From Clostridia bacterium (GTDB taxonomy: Bacteria; Bacillota; Clostridia; Christensenellales; DUVY01), in contig DATCKE010000029.1 of assembly GCA_036562445.1 (NCBI GenBank), positions 11,240 to 75,239 on the forward strand: DNA of 64,000 nucleotides, in the 5' to 3' direction. Below the pieces are notes generated by a model. The model searched no databases, was not told where the DNA came from, and was given only the letters and a program-made list of their open reading frames with translations. Positions 1 to 9,503 of this stretch are shown here, in pieces (the first letter of the stretch is position 1; each line of letters begins with the position of its first letter). The position numbers and the translations under genes were made by a program.

Positions 1-205
1 TTATTATAGTTTTTATTAAAATATATTGAATTTTATACATTACACATAAGTATATCTTATAATGTAAATTATGGTATAAATCGCTAATTATAACTAAGCG
101 CTAAATTTACTACTTTTTATGCATATCCTAATAAAAGTTTTAGTTTTAATAAAGATTTACATAATATACTTGTAATATTATTTTAATTAATTATTAAAAA
201 CTAAA

Positions 206-246
206 AAATCCATTATAATGCATAGGCTTTACATTATAATGGATTT
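206..246. repeat. Perfect 15-bp inverted repeat (hairpin) in ORF-free AT-rich region
   Basis: AAATCCATTATAATG (206-220) and CATTATAATGGATTT (232-246) are exact reverse complements with an 11-nt spacer. Read directly from the sequence. Function unknown. Confidence 0.8.
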
Positions 247-402
247 ATAACAGTAGGTAAATACAAAAAAAATTAAAAATGTTTAGTTAAATTTTGGCAG
301 GAAAAACGTAACTTTCTTCCAAACAAAAAATATCGCTTGCTTTTTTCTGCCTCCCAATATCTCATTGATTATAAGCTTTTTAAAACATCCAAATGTTAGC
401 GT

Positions 403-440
403 AAAAAAAAGCGCCTTATCGTAAAATAAAGCGCTTTTTT
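403..440 (-). terminator. Possible intrinsic terminator downstream of the GH5 gene
   Basis: A-run+GCGC (403-414) pairs with GCGC+T-run (431-440). The loop is 16 nt, so this is a weak call. Confidence 0.35.
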
Positions 441-450
441 ATATCTTATA

Positions 451-1530
451 CTATTTTTTAGAATTATAACTTCTTAGGCGGTCTCTGACATATTTTCCGC
501 TCTCGGATAATTGTTCTTCTTCCCAATAACCTTTCTCGGGATTGAGAGAAGTGCCTAGTTTTAGCGCCGCGGAAGCTTCGGTTTTCGCCGCCAAAGACCA
601 GTTGCACCAGCTTATCTTATGCTCGTCTAGAAAATCAAGCCAAACATCAGATTCTTCTTTGTAAACTTTTCGATCCGACCGTCCGCCGTCGTTAATTGTG
701 GTTCCCCATTCGGTGCAAAAGACGGCTACCTTGTTTTGCAGCGCGGCCAGGATATGATCTCTTAATTCTTGGCCGTGGCTTCCCGCGTAAAAATGGACTG
801 AATACATTAAATTTTTGCCCTCGACCGGATCCAGCGCACAAATATCGGGACGTTGAGACCAGCTGGGATTGCCGATTATTATAACATTTTTGGAATACTT
901 TCGAATAAGATTAACAGTCTTTTGAGCGTAAGGCTTTATATGCTTCCAAAAAGCTTCGTCGTCCATATTACTGTTATTGGGCTCGTTCATTATTTCGAAT
1001 AATATATTCTTTTTCTTGCCGTATTTTTTTGCTACATAGGTAAAAAATTCTTCGGCAGTGTTATATGTGCTTGAAGTAGGATCTCCGGGATTAAGAACGT
1101 GCCAGTCGATTATGACATACATATCGTTTTTAGTCGCCAATTTTACGGCCTTGTCAATATTCGCTAAGGTCAATTTTTTGTTTTCATTGTATCCGCTCTC
1201 CATAGCGGAAACATAAACAGCTAATCTAATAACGTTGCAATTCCAATCTTTTCTTAACGCCTTAAACGCATTCTGATTAAGCAAGTTTTGGCTAGGATCG
1301 GGTAAAGCAACTCTGTTAAAATTGTATGTGCTCATACCTCTCAACGAGATAAACGCCCCTCTTGCATTGGCCAATCTCATAACGCCGTCTTTGTCGGCAA
1401 TTACTTTTAATCTTCCATTTTTGCTGACGCCCGATTGAGGTATTTCGACTTTGGAAACGCAAGCGCTAAAAAACAAGGCGACAAATACAACCAATACTAA
1501 GGTTAGAAGCCTAAAAATTTTTTTCTTCAT
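451..1530 (-). CDS. GH5 endo-beta-1,4-glucanase (cellulase), lipoprotein
   Basis: 359-aa ORF. Signal peptide with lipobox (LFFSAC). GH5 signatures FEIMNEPN (acid/base Glu) and CTEWG (nucleophile Glu). RBS AGAGGTAGGGG upstream. Confidence 0.85.
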   Translation of the reverse strand: MKKKIFRLLTLVLVVFVALFFSACVSKVEIPQSGVSKNGRLKVIADKDGVMRLANARGAFISLRGMSTYNFNRVALPDPSQNLLNQNAFKALRKDWNCNVIRLAVYVSAMESGYNENKKLTLANIDKAVKLATKNDMYVIIDWHVLNPGDPTSSTYNTAEEFFTYVAKKYGKKKNILFEIMNEPNNSNMDDEAFWKHIKPYAQKTVNLIRKYSKNVIIIGNPSWSQRPDICALDPVEGKNLMYSVHFYAGSHGQELRDHILAALQNKVAVFCTEWGTTINDGGRSDRKVYKEESDVWLDFLDEHKISWCNWSLAAKTEASAALKLGTSLNPEKGYWEEEQLSESGKYVRDRLRSYNSKK

Positions 1531-1612
1531 TTTCCCCTACCTCTTTTTGATAATATATGAAGAAATATGACTTTAAAAAATGCCAATAATCCTTAACTTT
1601 AAGAATGCGAAA

Positions 1613-2620
1613 TTATGAAATCTTTCGTATAGAACCGCGTTTGATTAAAACGGTAGGAATTTCGATGTTATGATTAGATTTGGTCTTTTTTTCTATGTCG
1701 TATAATATAATTTCAGCCGCAGTTTTTCCAATTAAGACAGCGTCCTGGCGCACCGTGGTAAGCGGCGGGGAAAAATAGGGCGCTATGCGGATATCGTCGA
1801 AACCCGCTATGGAAACGTGCCAAGGAATAGATAAACCTAAATCAAAAGCCGCTTTTTGCGCGCCGAACATACAATAGTCGTCGGATAATATTATGCAGGA
1901 AGGCGGATCTGATAGCTTCATTAATTCTTGAACTCGTTTATAGGTCATATCTATAGAATAATATTCGCCTTCCACCAAATACTCTTCTCTAAACGGGATA
2001 TTGTTTTTCGCGAGCGCGTCTTTATAACCTTTAACGCGCTGTTCGGTTACGCAGGTATGCTGGCCGTGTATAAAAGCGATTTTTTTATGGCCCATCTCAA
2101 CGCAATAGTCCACTAAGCTCATTAAACCGCTATAATTGTCCGAATACACGCAAGCGAATTTGTCGCTCATATAATCAATAGCGACGGCGGGTATTTCGGA
2201 CTCAAGCAATTCCAACACACCGTCGTCATTATAATAGTCCACGCACGCCACAAACACGCCGTCAAGTTTGCGATGGCGCGCGTGATCGACGTAGGTATAC
2301 TTATCTTGAGAATTTCTAGCGATAAAAGTGAGGTCGTATCCGTTAAACTCCATAAGCCTCCTAAACGAGCTTATAATATTGGAAAAAAACGCGTGACCGA
2401 AACCGTTGTTAGTATTATCGTCAAATAGAATCCCAATATTATAAGAACGATTAGTCTTAAGCGTTCGAGCATAAAAATTAGGGCGGTAACCAAGATTTAA
2501 CGCTACCTCCCTGATATATTGTTTTGTTTCAACGCTTATATCAGGACTATCGTTAAGCGCCTTGCTTACCGCGCCGACAGAAACACCGCACTTTTGAGCA
2601 ATATCTTTTAAAGTAACCAT
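1613..2620 (-). CDS. LacI/GalR-family transcriptional regulator
   Basis: N-terminal HTH MVTLKDIAQKCGVSVGAVSKALN. 335 aa, the typical length for a LacI sugar-binding fold. Embedded in the sugar-uptake operon. Confidence 0.9.
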   Translation of the reverse strand: MVTLKDIAQKCGVSVGAVSKALNDSPDISVETKQYIREVALNLGYRPNFYARTLKTNRSYNIGILFDDNTNNGFGHAFFSNIISSFRRLMEFNGYDLTFIARNSQDKYTYVDHARHRKLDGVFVACVDYYNDDGVLELLESEIPAVAIDYMSDKFACVYSDNYSGLMSLVDYCVEMGHKKIAFIHGQHTCVTEQRVKGYKDALAKNNIPFREEYLVEGEYYSIDMTYKRVQELMKLSDPPSCIILSDDYCMFGAQKAAFDLGLSIPWHVSIAGFDDIRIAPYFSPPLTTVRQDAVLIGKTAAEIILYDIEKKTKSNHNIEIPTVLIKRGSIRKIS

Positions 2621-2681
2621 TTTTAACCTTTGTATAAAGTAAGAATAATATATACCGCTTACATAGAAATGTAAACTGTTT

Positions 2682-3584
2682 TTACTCTTTTAATCCGCCT
2701 AAAGCTACTCCTTTTATAATGAATTTAGACAAGAGAGCGTAGAATATAAGCAACGGAGTAATTGAAACCGCTAAGCCGGTATACAACGCGCCTATTTCGC
2801 GTCTATATATGTCGCCCTTTAGTCTATCCATAACAACAGGCAAAGTGTGGTTATGAGGACTTAGCAAGATTATCTTAGGCATAAAGAAGTTATTCCAGGA
2901 CGATATCAAGGAGAATATCGCCATAGTGGCTACCGCGGGAAGCAGCAACGGCAGCACAATAATATTAAAGATTATAAATTCCCTGCAGCCGTCGATACGA
3001 GCAGATTCTATAAAGTCGACCGGAACATTGGCAACTATGTATTGCCTCATAAAGAATACCGTCGTAGGCGCAACAGCGGCAGGCAGGATAAACGCTAAGA
3101 TATTATCGTATAAGCCTATTGCTTTTACCAGCGCGTAGAAACCTACTACGCTTAACTGCGTAGGCACCATAATTAACACGAGCACTAGAATAAAGATAGG
3201 ATTTTTCAGCTTAAAATCATATACAACTATCGCGTAGGCAGTCAGCGACGATATGTAAACCGACAATAGAATCGCGCCGCCTGATATCGTTACGCTGTTT
3301 AAAAACGCGCGGAACAAGTCGACATTTTGAGACAAGAGCCATTTAAAGTTTCTGATTAAGCTTGAGCCAAAGGTCCAATAAACGCCAACTTGGAGCTCGT
3401 AGGTAGACCTCGTGCCGCTTACCAACACGAAGTAAAAAGGAATTACGCTAATAACGAACAAAATTATCAAGAATATATAGATAAATACTTTTGCGATGCC
3501 TCTAGCGATTTTTTGTCGCTTTTCGCGTTTTTCTTTTTCAAGTCTTGATAATTCCAAAGCAGATAAAGCTACTTGTTGGTCCAT
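2682..3584 (-). CDS. Carbohydrate ABC transporter permease (MalG-like)
   Basis: 300-aa polytopic membrane protein with an EAA-type loop (ESARIDGCREF). Confidence 0.9.
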   Translation of the reverse strand: MDQQVALSALELSRLEKEKREKRQKIARGIAKVFIYIFLIILFVISVIPFYFVLVSGTRSTYELQVGVYWTFGSSLIRNFKWLLSQNVDLFRAFLNSVTISGGAILLSVYISSLTAYAIVVYDFKLKNPIFILVLVLIMVPTQLSVVGFYALVKAIGLYDNILAFILPAAVAPTTVFFMRQYIVANVPVDFIESARIDGCREFIIFNIIVLPLLLPAVATMAIFSLISSWNNFFMPKIILLSPHNHTLPVVMDRLKGDIYRREIGALYTGLAVSITPLLIFYALLSKFIIKGVALGGLKE

Positions 3585-3595
3585 AATTTTACCCC

Positions 3596-4549
3596 TTAAC
3601 CCTTTTTAGGCTTGGTTTCGGTCTTAATATTCATTAAGCCGAATAACACAGAGCTAATTAACATAGTAAATATCAACATAATAATCGAGCCAGCGGCGGC
3701 CTTGCCGTATTGGTTGGTTCCGGTAAAGCCCCAGATATATATCTTAATCGCTACAGTTTGCGTATTACTATTCGGATTAAAGAAGAAAGGAACGTCATAC
3801 ATTTGTAATCCGCCCGCTAAGCTAGTTATAAAGGCGTATAACAAAATCGTCCTTAATAACGGCAAAGTGATATAGAAAAATTGCTGAACAGAGTTAGCCC
3901 CGTCAATTCTTGCTGCTTCGTATAAGGTAGGGTTGATACCAGCCATTCCCGCCAGCAATACTATCATTGTATTGCCATACCATATCCAGGTTAAAACCAA
4001 AGAAACGGTCATTTGAGAAATAGTAGGATCTAATAAGAATTCTCTTCTTTGCCATCCTTTAACATACTTTGACAATATAACGTTTACCGCGCCGTTAGCC
4101 TCCATCGCTTGTCTAACCAACAAGCCTATTGTCGCGGCTGTTATAATGTTAGGCAAATAATAAGCGAATTTAAAAGCGCCTTGGCCTTTTATTTTTAAAC
4201 TTTGGTCGTTAAACAGAGCGGCAATAAAAAGCGCCAAACCAAATTGCAAGACAACGTTTACGCCCCAAATTTTTAAGGTCCTCAAAATAGAATTCCAAAA
4301 CGTCAGGTCTTTTAAAACGCTAGCATAAGTTTTAAACCAAACAAATTGACCAATTTTATTAGGATTAAATCCCGCGGTATTTGTAAAGCTAATAATAAAA
4401 GTGTAAAGCGTGGGATATAAGGTGAACATTAAAAAGAATAAAATAAAAGGAATGACGAAGAAATAGCCATATTTTCTATAGCTGACGCTTTTTATTTTTC
4501 GTCTCTTGACATTAAAATCAAAATCACCTACATTAGACAGATTTAACAT
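3596..4549 (-). CDS. Carbohydrate ABC transporter permease (MalF-like)
   Basis: Polytopic protein with EAA loop (EAARIDGANSVQQF). I moved the start to the second ATG at 4549, which has AAGGTGG 6 nt upstream. The track start at 4576 has no RBS. Confidence 0.87.
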   Translation of the reverse strand: MLNLSNVGDFDFNVKRRKIKSVSYRKYGYFFVIPFILFFLMFTLYPTLYTFIISFTNTAGFNPNKIGQFVWFKTYASVLKDLTFWNSILRTLKIWGVNVVLQFGLALFIAALFNDQSLKIKGQGAFKFAYYLPNIITAATIGLLVRQAMEANGAVNVILSKYVKGWQRREFLLDPTISQMTVSLVLTWIWYGNTMIVLLAGMAGINPTLYEAARIDGANSVQQFFYITLPLLRTILLYAFITSLAGGLQMYDVPFFFNPNSNTQTVAIKIYIWGFTGTNQYGKAAAGSIIMLIFTMLISSVLFGLMNIKTETKPKKG

Positions 4550-4648
4550 CTTGACCACCTTAATATTTAATAGCATCCAATGGGCAATTAATTTTGTAAA
4601 TATAGCGGGCGCAAAGGCCCGCTATATTTACAGATTAAGTTTTAATAA

Positions 4649-6205
4649 TTATTTGTCGATTTGAACTTCCATCGCGAGGTTGGACTTAATAGAGTCGGTG
4701 AATTCTTTCCAAGCATCGTCTTTCGTCTTGATGGTGTTGTCTGCGTATCTTCTCATGATGTCGGAGTATACACGGTCGACAGCAGAGTCATACATGGTAA
4801 CGTTAGAAGCCTTGATTTGACCAGCTAGGCTGTTAAAGGTATAGAAGTGGTTTTGACCAGCCAAGAACGGATTGCCCAATAATTTCATACCAGCCAAAGC
4901 ATTGTTGAGTTCTTTCGAGTTCATAACGTCGCCGCTTATAGCAGAACGAGCTTGCATGAAAGGCAAGGATGTCAAGAAGTCAAGAACTTGGAAAGCAACA
5001 TCTTGCTTCTTGGAGTTCTTATTGATCATCAGATAAGAGCCGCCCCAATAGTAAGCTTGAGGACCTTCAATCATTCTCCACAGACCAGCGGTCTTGTTGG
5101 GTTCGTTGTTCTCGTCAACTTTATTGAGAACATAGAACAATCCCCAAGTAGGCAAGAAGAACGATAAGGTCTTGTAGCTGGTATCAGGATTATTGATAGC
5201 TCTCATACCAGCTTGCCAGTCAGCAGACCATTGAGCGCCTTTGTGAGTCAAAGGATACAATTGTTTAGCGTAATCTAGGAAGTAAACAAGGTTAGAATCG
5301 ATATGAACTTTGTTATCCTCAACAAAAGCAGAACGTTGAGCGTAGAATACTCTCTTGATGTCCTCAAGGTTGTTAATTATCATTATTTTCTTAACGTCTT
5401 TTTTGCCTTCGTTATACTTGCTATTTGCAACACGTTCAGCAGCGTCCAAGAATTTGTTCATCGCATCCAAGAATTGTTCATTCTCGGTTTTTCCTTCATC
5501 ACGATCGCCGCTAACGAATTTTTGAACATACTTGTCTAGAGCTTCTTTATCTTCGTCGGTCCATTGGGTGTAGTTGTTATACTTAGCATTTTCGTCTTTT
5601 ATTCCAGCTTTTCCTTTGAACTCGTCAAAGGTTAAATACTGGCCTGGATTTTCTTCGTCAGGGATAAAGTCGCCGGCGTTAACAAGCTCTAAGAAGAGGT
5701 CTGCGCGATAGAACATAGCGCCAGGGGTAACCTGATAAGAAACAGCTTTCAATTCGGTCTTATCGGCGGTAACCTTAGAGCCGATATCAAGGGTGTAACC
5801 ATACATATCGACTTCTAGTTGTTCTCTAACTTCATCATAACCTGCGTCTTTTCCAAGACCGAATTTGGTTTTATAGAAGCTTGTCAAGTCTACGGTGTAA
5901 TCGCTTTCAACATACTTCTTGGTGTAGTCAACGTCGGTTACGAACAAGTCAGGACCGCCTTTGGTAGAGAAAGCGTTGTCAAGATTTGTTTCGTAGCTGC
6001 CGTCGTCGTTGTTGATGATTCTGGTGTCGAATTCATACTCGAAACCGGGATTAGCTAATGTGTAATATTTTAATAGGTCCTCGATTTCGTTCGACATCGA
6101 CCAAACTACTAGCTTAGGTTTCTTATCTTTGCAGCCGAATACGCCTAGGCAGAAAGATAAGGCCATAACCAGCGCTAGCAACAGAACGGGTAATCTTTTC
6201 TTCAT
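4649..6205 (-). CDS. Extracellular solute-binding lipoprotein of the sugar ABC transporter
   Basis: 518 aa. Signal peptide plus lipobox (LGVFGC). First gene of the SBP-permease-permease operon. Confidence 0.85.
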   Translation of the reverse strand: MKKRLPVLLLALVMALSFCLGVFGCKDKKPKLVVWSMSNEIEDLLKYYTLANPGFEYEFDTRIINNDDGSYETNLDNAFSTKGGPDLFVTDVDYTKKYVESDYTVDLTSFYKTKFGLGKDAGYDEVREQLEVDMYGYTLDIGSKVTADKTELKAVSYQVTPGAMFYRADLFLELVNAGDFIPDEENPGQYLTFDEFKGKAGIKDENAKYNNYTQWTDEDKEALDKYVQKFVSGDRDEGKTENEQFLDAMNKFLDAAERVANSKYNEGKKDVKKIMIINNLEDIKRVFYAQRSAFVEDNKVHIDSNLVYFLDYAKQLYPLTHKGAQWSADWQAGMRAINNPDTSYKTLSFFLPTWGLFYVLNKVDENNEPNKTAGLWRMIEGPQAYYWGGSYLMINKNSKKQDVAFQVLDFLTSLPFMQARSAISGDVMNSKELNNALAGMKLLGNPFLAGQNHFYTFNSLAGQIKASNVTMYDSAVDRVYSDIMRRYADNTIKTKDDAWKEFTDSIKSNLAMEVQIDK

Positions 6206-6285
6206 ATTTTCCTCCTATTATATTTTAATGACTTGCGTCATTAATTGCAAAACCATATAAAAAAACAAAGTTCAGCGCATAATCT

Positions 6286-6301
6286 ACTATAACGATTAAG
6301 C
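6286..6301. promoter_or_regulatory. Candidate LacI-family operator (CG-centred 16-mer)
   Basis: ACTATAACGATTAAGC matches 13/16 positions of the idealised palindrome ACTAAAACGATTTAGT derived from the 6495 site. It sits just downstream of the predicted minus-strand -10. Confidence 0.4.
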
Positions 6302-6311
6302 ACTTAATATA

Positions 6312-6340
6312 TTTATAGCATTATAGTATTAGGTTGTCAA
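6312..6340 (-). promoter_or_regulatory. Sigma-A-type promoter for the ABC-transporter operon
   Basis: On the minus strand: TTGACA (6340-6335), 17-nt spacer, TATAAA (6317-6312). Confidence 0.4.
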
Positions 6341-6385
6341 TAGGTTTTCAATAAAAATACATATCTTTTTTGTGTTTATTTTGTC

Positions 6386-6414
6386 TTGACAAGAGATTTT
6401 CATTATATTATTAT
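6386..6414 (+). promoter_or_regulatory. Sigma-A-type promoter for the GH94 operon
   Basis: TTGACA (6386-6391), 17-nt spacer, TATTAT (6409-6414). Confidence 0.5.
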
Positions 6415-6494
6415 ATAGAAAACGATGAAAATAATATAAAAATTTACACAATTTTTGTTTTTATATTATTTTTCTCTATTTTTTTTGTGCTTTT

Positions 6495-6510
6495 ACTAAA
6501 TCGTTTTAGT
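6495..6510. promoter_or_regulatory. Candidate LacI-family operator (CG-centred palindrome)
   Basis: ACTAAATCGTTTTAGT is 14/16 self-complementary around a central CG, the general pattern of LacI/GalR operators. It lies in the 5' UTR, 38 nt upstream of the cdp start. Confidence 0.45.
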
Positions 6511-6547
6511 TTGAAAAAGGCATAGAAACATTCAAGGAGAATGAGAA

Positions 6548-9475
6548 ATGAGCGTAAGAAGACAAACGGCGCGAGAATTTTTAAAAGAAAACGGAACTTA
6601 TTACGATATCTGCAAATCCAAATTCAACCAAGACCTTTTAAAAAACGGAGTTGACCTAGAATTTAAAAACGGCAAGGTATTAGCCGTTTCGGGCCTAAAG
6701 TATCAATGCCCGGTCGTTATGCTGTTGCTAAACGACGCTCAAATTTCTAAATATCTTGACGACTATAATCAATACGACAACTTGCTTTTAATCCAAGACG
6801 GCGCCGTTACTCATTATTATGGCGACAATCAAAACAATCTTCCCCAAGACTTGGCGGATAAAATAATCAATTACGCAAACGCCGCTCAAAACTATCCCGG
6901 ACAGTTAAACGATAAGGGCGAGCATATATTTGATCTTACCACGCCCCCTATTTCGCCGCACTTTGCGATCAACCTATTGCTTGGCAATAGAGTGGGATAC
7001 GAGAATCCTTTGTTAACCACGCCCAAGGCGGTAGTAGACTGGCTGGGAAGGGGCTCGTTCCGCTCTCATTCCGCCACCCAGGTTACAGCGGCGAGATGGG
7101 ATATGCGTCCTGAAGAGAACGGCAACCCCGCGAACAGGCAATTTTATATAGTAGAAGACGGCAAGAAAATCTTCTATTCCGCCGACGTGTCCACCATTGA
7201 AAACGGTTATTGCGTTCACAGCCAAAATCACACCATTATTACATATAAGACAAAATGCGGGCTGGAAATAACCAATACCATATTTATACTGCCTCAAGAG
7301 CCAGGCCTGCCTCAAGCGATAGAAGCTCAAAGAATAACGGTAAAAAACACCCAAAACAAAGACAGAAATCTTAAGATAGTTTTCACGGGTATGTTCGGCA
7401 CGCCCGCCGAGCAAGCGCTTGTAACCGACGTGGTTTACTCTACCGTTATAATGGAATCCGAAACGGTATACAAAAACGACAAGCTGGCGGCGTTTACCAC
7501 CCATTATTATCCCGACTATTTTAAAGAAGATAAGAGATTTGTTACGCTGTGCTGCGAGGGAGAGTATTTTGACGATTTCTGCGCGGATTACACCGCTTTT
7601 GTGGGCAAGGGTTCTTTGGAAAACCCTCAAAACATTAACTTCTTGCCCAGCAAGCACAATATAAGAGGCCCCGGCTTCTTCGCGCTAGGCAAGGCGTTTA
7701 CGGCTAAAGCCGGTCAAACCGCGAAAATAGACATTTACACCGGCGCGGTTTCCTCCAAAGGCAACTCCAACGAAAAAGAAATCAACAAAATATTTGACGA
7801 GCAAGTCGGCAAATTATTGGACGAGATAGTAAAACCCGATTTCCTAGACAATATGTTTAATAAAGTCAAAGAGTTTTACAAAAATTACTCGTCCTATTTG
7901 CAAGCCAACACCGACGACAAAGAGTTAAATACTTATTTAAACAATAACCTGCCTTTCCAAATCTTATATCAGACCTTTGTTTCCCGTTCGTTTGCTCAAA
8001 CCCAAAAAGGATTTAGGGAAATAGGCTTTAGGGAAATCCAAGACATATACGCTTCTATGTATTATATGGCGGCGATGGACAACCCTGGCTTGATTAAGCA
8101 ATTAATAACCGAATGGGCTAACAATGTCTACGAAATGGGTTACACAAACCACAACTTCTTCTGGAAAGGCAAAGAGCCTGGTATCTGCTCGGACGACGGT
8201 CTGTGGCTTGCGCCCGCGGTGTATAGATATGTAACCTTAACGGGCGATATAGATTATCTCAATCAAGAGTGCGCCATCTACGGCTCGGACAAAAAGCGCA
8301 CCATTTACCAGACCTTAAAAGCTATTATTCAATACAGCGGCGAGATATCCATAGGCAAAAACGGTTTCCCGCTTTTGGACAGAAGCGACTGGAACGACTG
8401 CTTAAAACTTGACGACAATTGGTTGGACGGCCCTACCAAAGAAAAGCTTTATTACGAGCAACTAAAGGCAAAGGGCCAGCCTTACGGCGTTCCGTTTGAG
8501 AGCGACCTATGCGAAAGCGTGATGAACGTGTTCTTGCTTATAATTACCGCCGATTACACTATGCAGCTAGCCCAAAAAATCGGCGACACAGAATACGCCG
8601 AGTATTTGAAATCCTTAATAGCTAGATTAAAAGAAGGCGCGCATAAAAAAGCCTGGAAGGGCGATTTCTTCGCGCGCGTTATGATAAACCGTTTCAAAAA
8701 CGGCGAATACACTTATCTTGGCGCTCAAGGCGACGGATTGTCAAACGATCCCAACATAAACGGCACATACTTCCTAAACTCTTTCAGCTGGTCAATTTTG
8801 TCCGATACCGCTACCGAGGAGCAAATCAAGATAATGCTTGGGCCGTTGAAGAAATATCTAATGACCGAAGCGGGCTTTAAGCTCAATACGCCCGCCGACT
8901 TAGAGAGATTGGCTTACGGAACGGCTAGCGGACACTACTTCCCGGGCGACCGCGAAAACGGCGGCGTATTTAAGCATGCCACAATGATGGCTACCTGCGC
9001 TATGCTCCAGGCAGCCAAAAAAGTTCAAAGCGAAGAGCTCGCTAATGAGTTATTAGAGCTTTGCGAGTATATGCTTGAGAGAGTTTTGCCTTACAAGACC
9101 TTGAAAAACCCGTTTGTGTTAAAAGGCAACCCGAGATTCTGCACTCAATACAACAATTCTCAAACCAACGAGAATATTGGCCCGATTCTTTCGGGAACGG
9201 CGTCTTGGCTTACGCTTACATTGTTTGAGATGTTCGGGCTTAACGTCACTACCGAAGGCATCGAGCTTAATCCCCTGCTCTTAAAGAGTATGGATAAAGC
9301 CAATATCAAACTAAAGATACGCGGCAGCGTTTATGACATCGACATCATCAAGAGCAAACACGGTCTATGCCGCGCGAGCAAAAACACTATTCTAAAAGTC
9401 AACGGAAAAGAACACGAGGGCGCGATTTCGCTCAACCAAAACCAAAAGAATGTCAAAGTCGAAATTATTGTTTAA
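6548..9475 (+). CDS. cdp: GH94 cellodextrin phosphorylase
   Basis: 975 aa. Blocks typical of the long (cellodextrin phosphorylase-type) GH94 members as I recall them: TTPKAVVDWLGRGSFRSHSATQV, QTQKGFREIGFREIQD, LLDRSDWNDCLKLD, GHYFPGDRENGGVFKHA. RBS AAGGAGA upstream. Substrate inferred from length and context. Confidence 0.85.
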   Translation: MSVRRQTAREFLKENGTYYDICKSKFNQDLLKNGVDLEFKNGKVLAVSGLKYQCPVVMLLLNDAQISKYLDDYNQYDNLLLIQDGAVTHYYGDNQNNLPQDLADKIINYANAAQNYPGQLNDKGEHIFDLTTPPISPHFAINLLLGNRVGYENPLLTTPKAVVDWLGRGSFRSHSATQVTAARWDMRPEENGNPANRQFYIVEDGKKIFYSADVSTIENGYCVHSQNHTIITYKTKCGLEITNTIFILPQEPGLPQAIEAQRITVKNTQNKDRNLKIVFTGMFGTPAEQALVTDVVYSTVIMESETVYKNDKLAAFTTHYYPDYFKEDKRFVTLCCEGEYFDDFCADYTAFVGKGSLENPQNINFLPSKHNIRGPGFFALGKAFTAKAGQTAKIDIYTGAVSSKGNSNEKEINKIFDEQVGKLLDEIVKPDFLDNMFNKVKEFYKNYSSYLQANTDDKELNTYLNNNLPFQILYQTFVSRSFAQTQKGFREIGFREIQDIYASMYYMAAMDNPGLIKQLITEWANNVYEMGYTNHNFFWKGKEPGICSDDGLWLAPAVYRYVTLTGDIDYLNQECAIYGSDKKRTIYQTLKAIIQYSGEISIGKNGFPLLDRSDWNDCLKLDDNWLDGPTKEKLYYEQLKAKGQPYGVPFESDLCESVMNVFLLIITADYTMQLAQKIGDTEYAEYLKSLIARLKEGAHKKAWKGDFFARVMINRFKNGEYTYLGAQGDGLSNDPNINGTYFLNSFSWSILSDTATEEQIKIMLGPLKKYLMTEAGFKLNTPADLERLAYGTASGHYFPGDRENGGVFKHATMMATCAMLQAAKKVQSEELANELLELCEYMLERVLPYKTLKNPFVLKGNPRFCTQYNNSQTNENIGPILSGTASWLTLTLFEMFGLNVTTEGIELNPLLLKSMDKANIKLKIRGSVYDIDIIKSKHGLCRASKNTILKVNGKEHEGAISLNQNQKNVKVEIIV

Positions 9476-9503
9476 AAAAAATTATAAGTAAAAGGTGAGT
9501 TTT

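Noticed and set aside
4550-4576. Upstream ATG for the MalF-like permease.
   Set aside because: It has no RBS, whereas the second ATG at 4549 has AAGGTGG at the proper spacing.
7013-7657. 214-aa ORF antisense to cdp. Similar long antisense ORFs occur at 12168-12575, 41021-41407, 49058-49594, 52510-52950, 33218-33556 and 60448-60837.
   Set aside because: Each lies entirely inside a strongly supported gene on the other strand. Their composition is Arg/Gly/Ser/Leu-rich, typical of shadow frames, and they have no RBS.
9495-9503. GTG start for cbp in the ORF track.
   Set aside because: The GTG lies inside the Shine-Dalgarno AAAGGTGA. The ATG at 9504 gives the conserved MRYGFFDD N-terminus.
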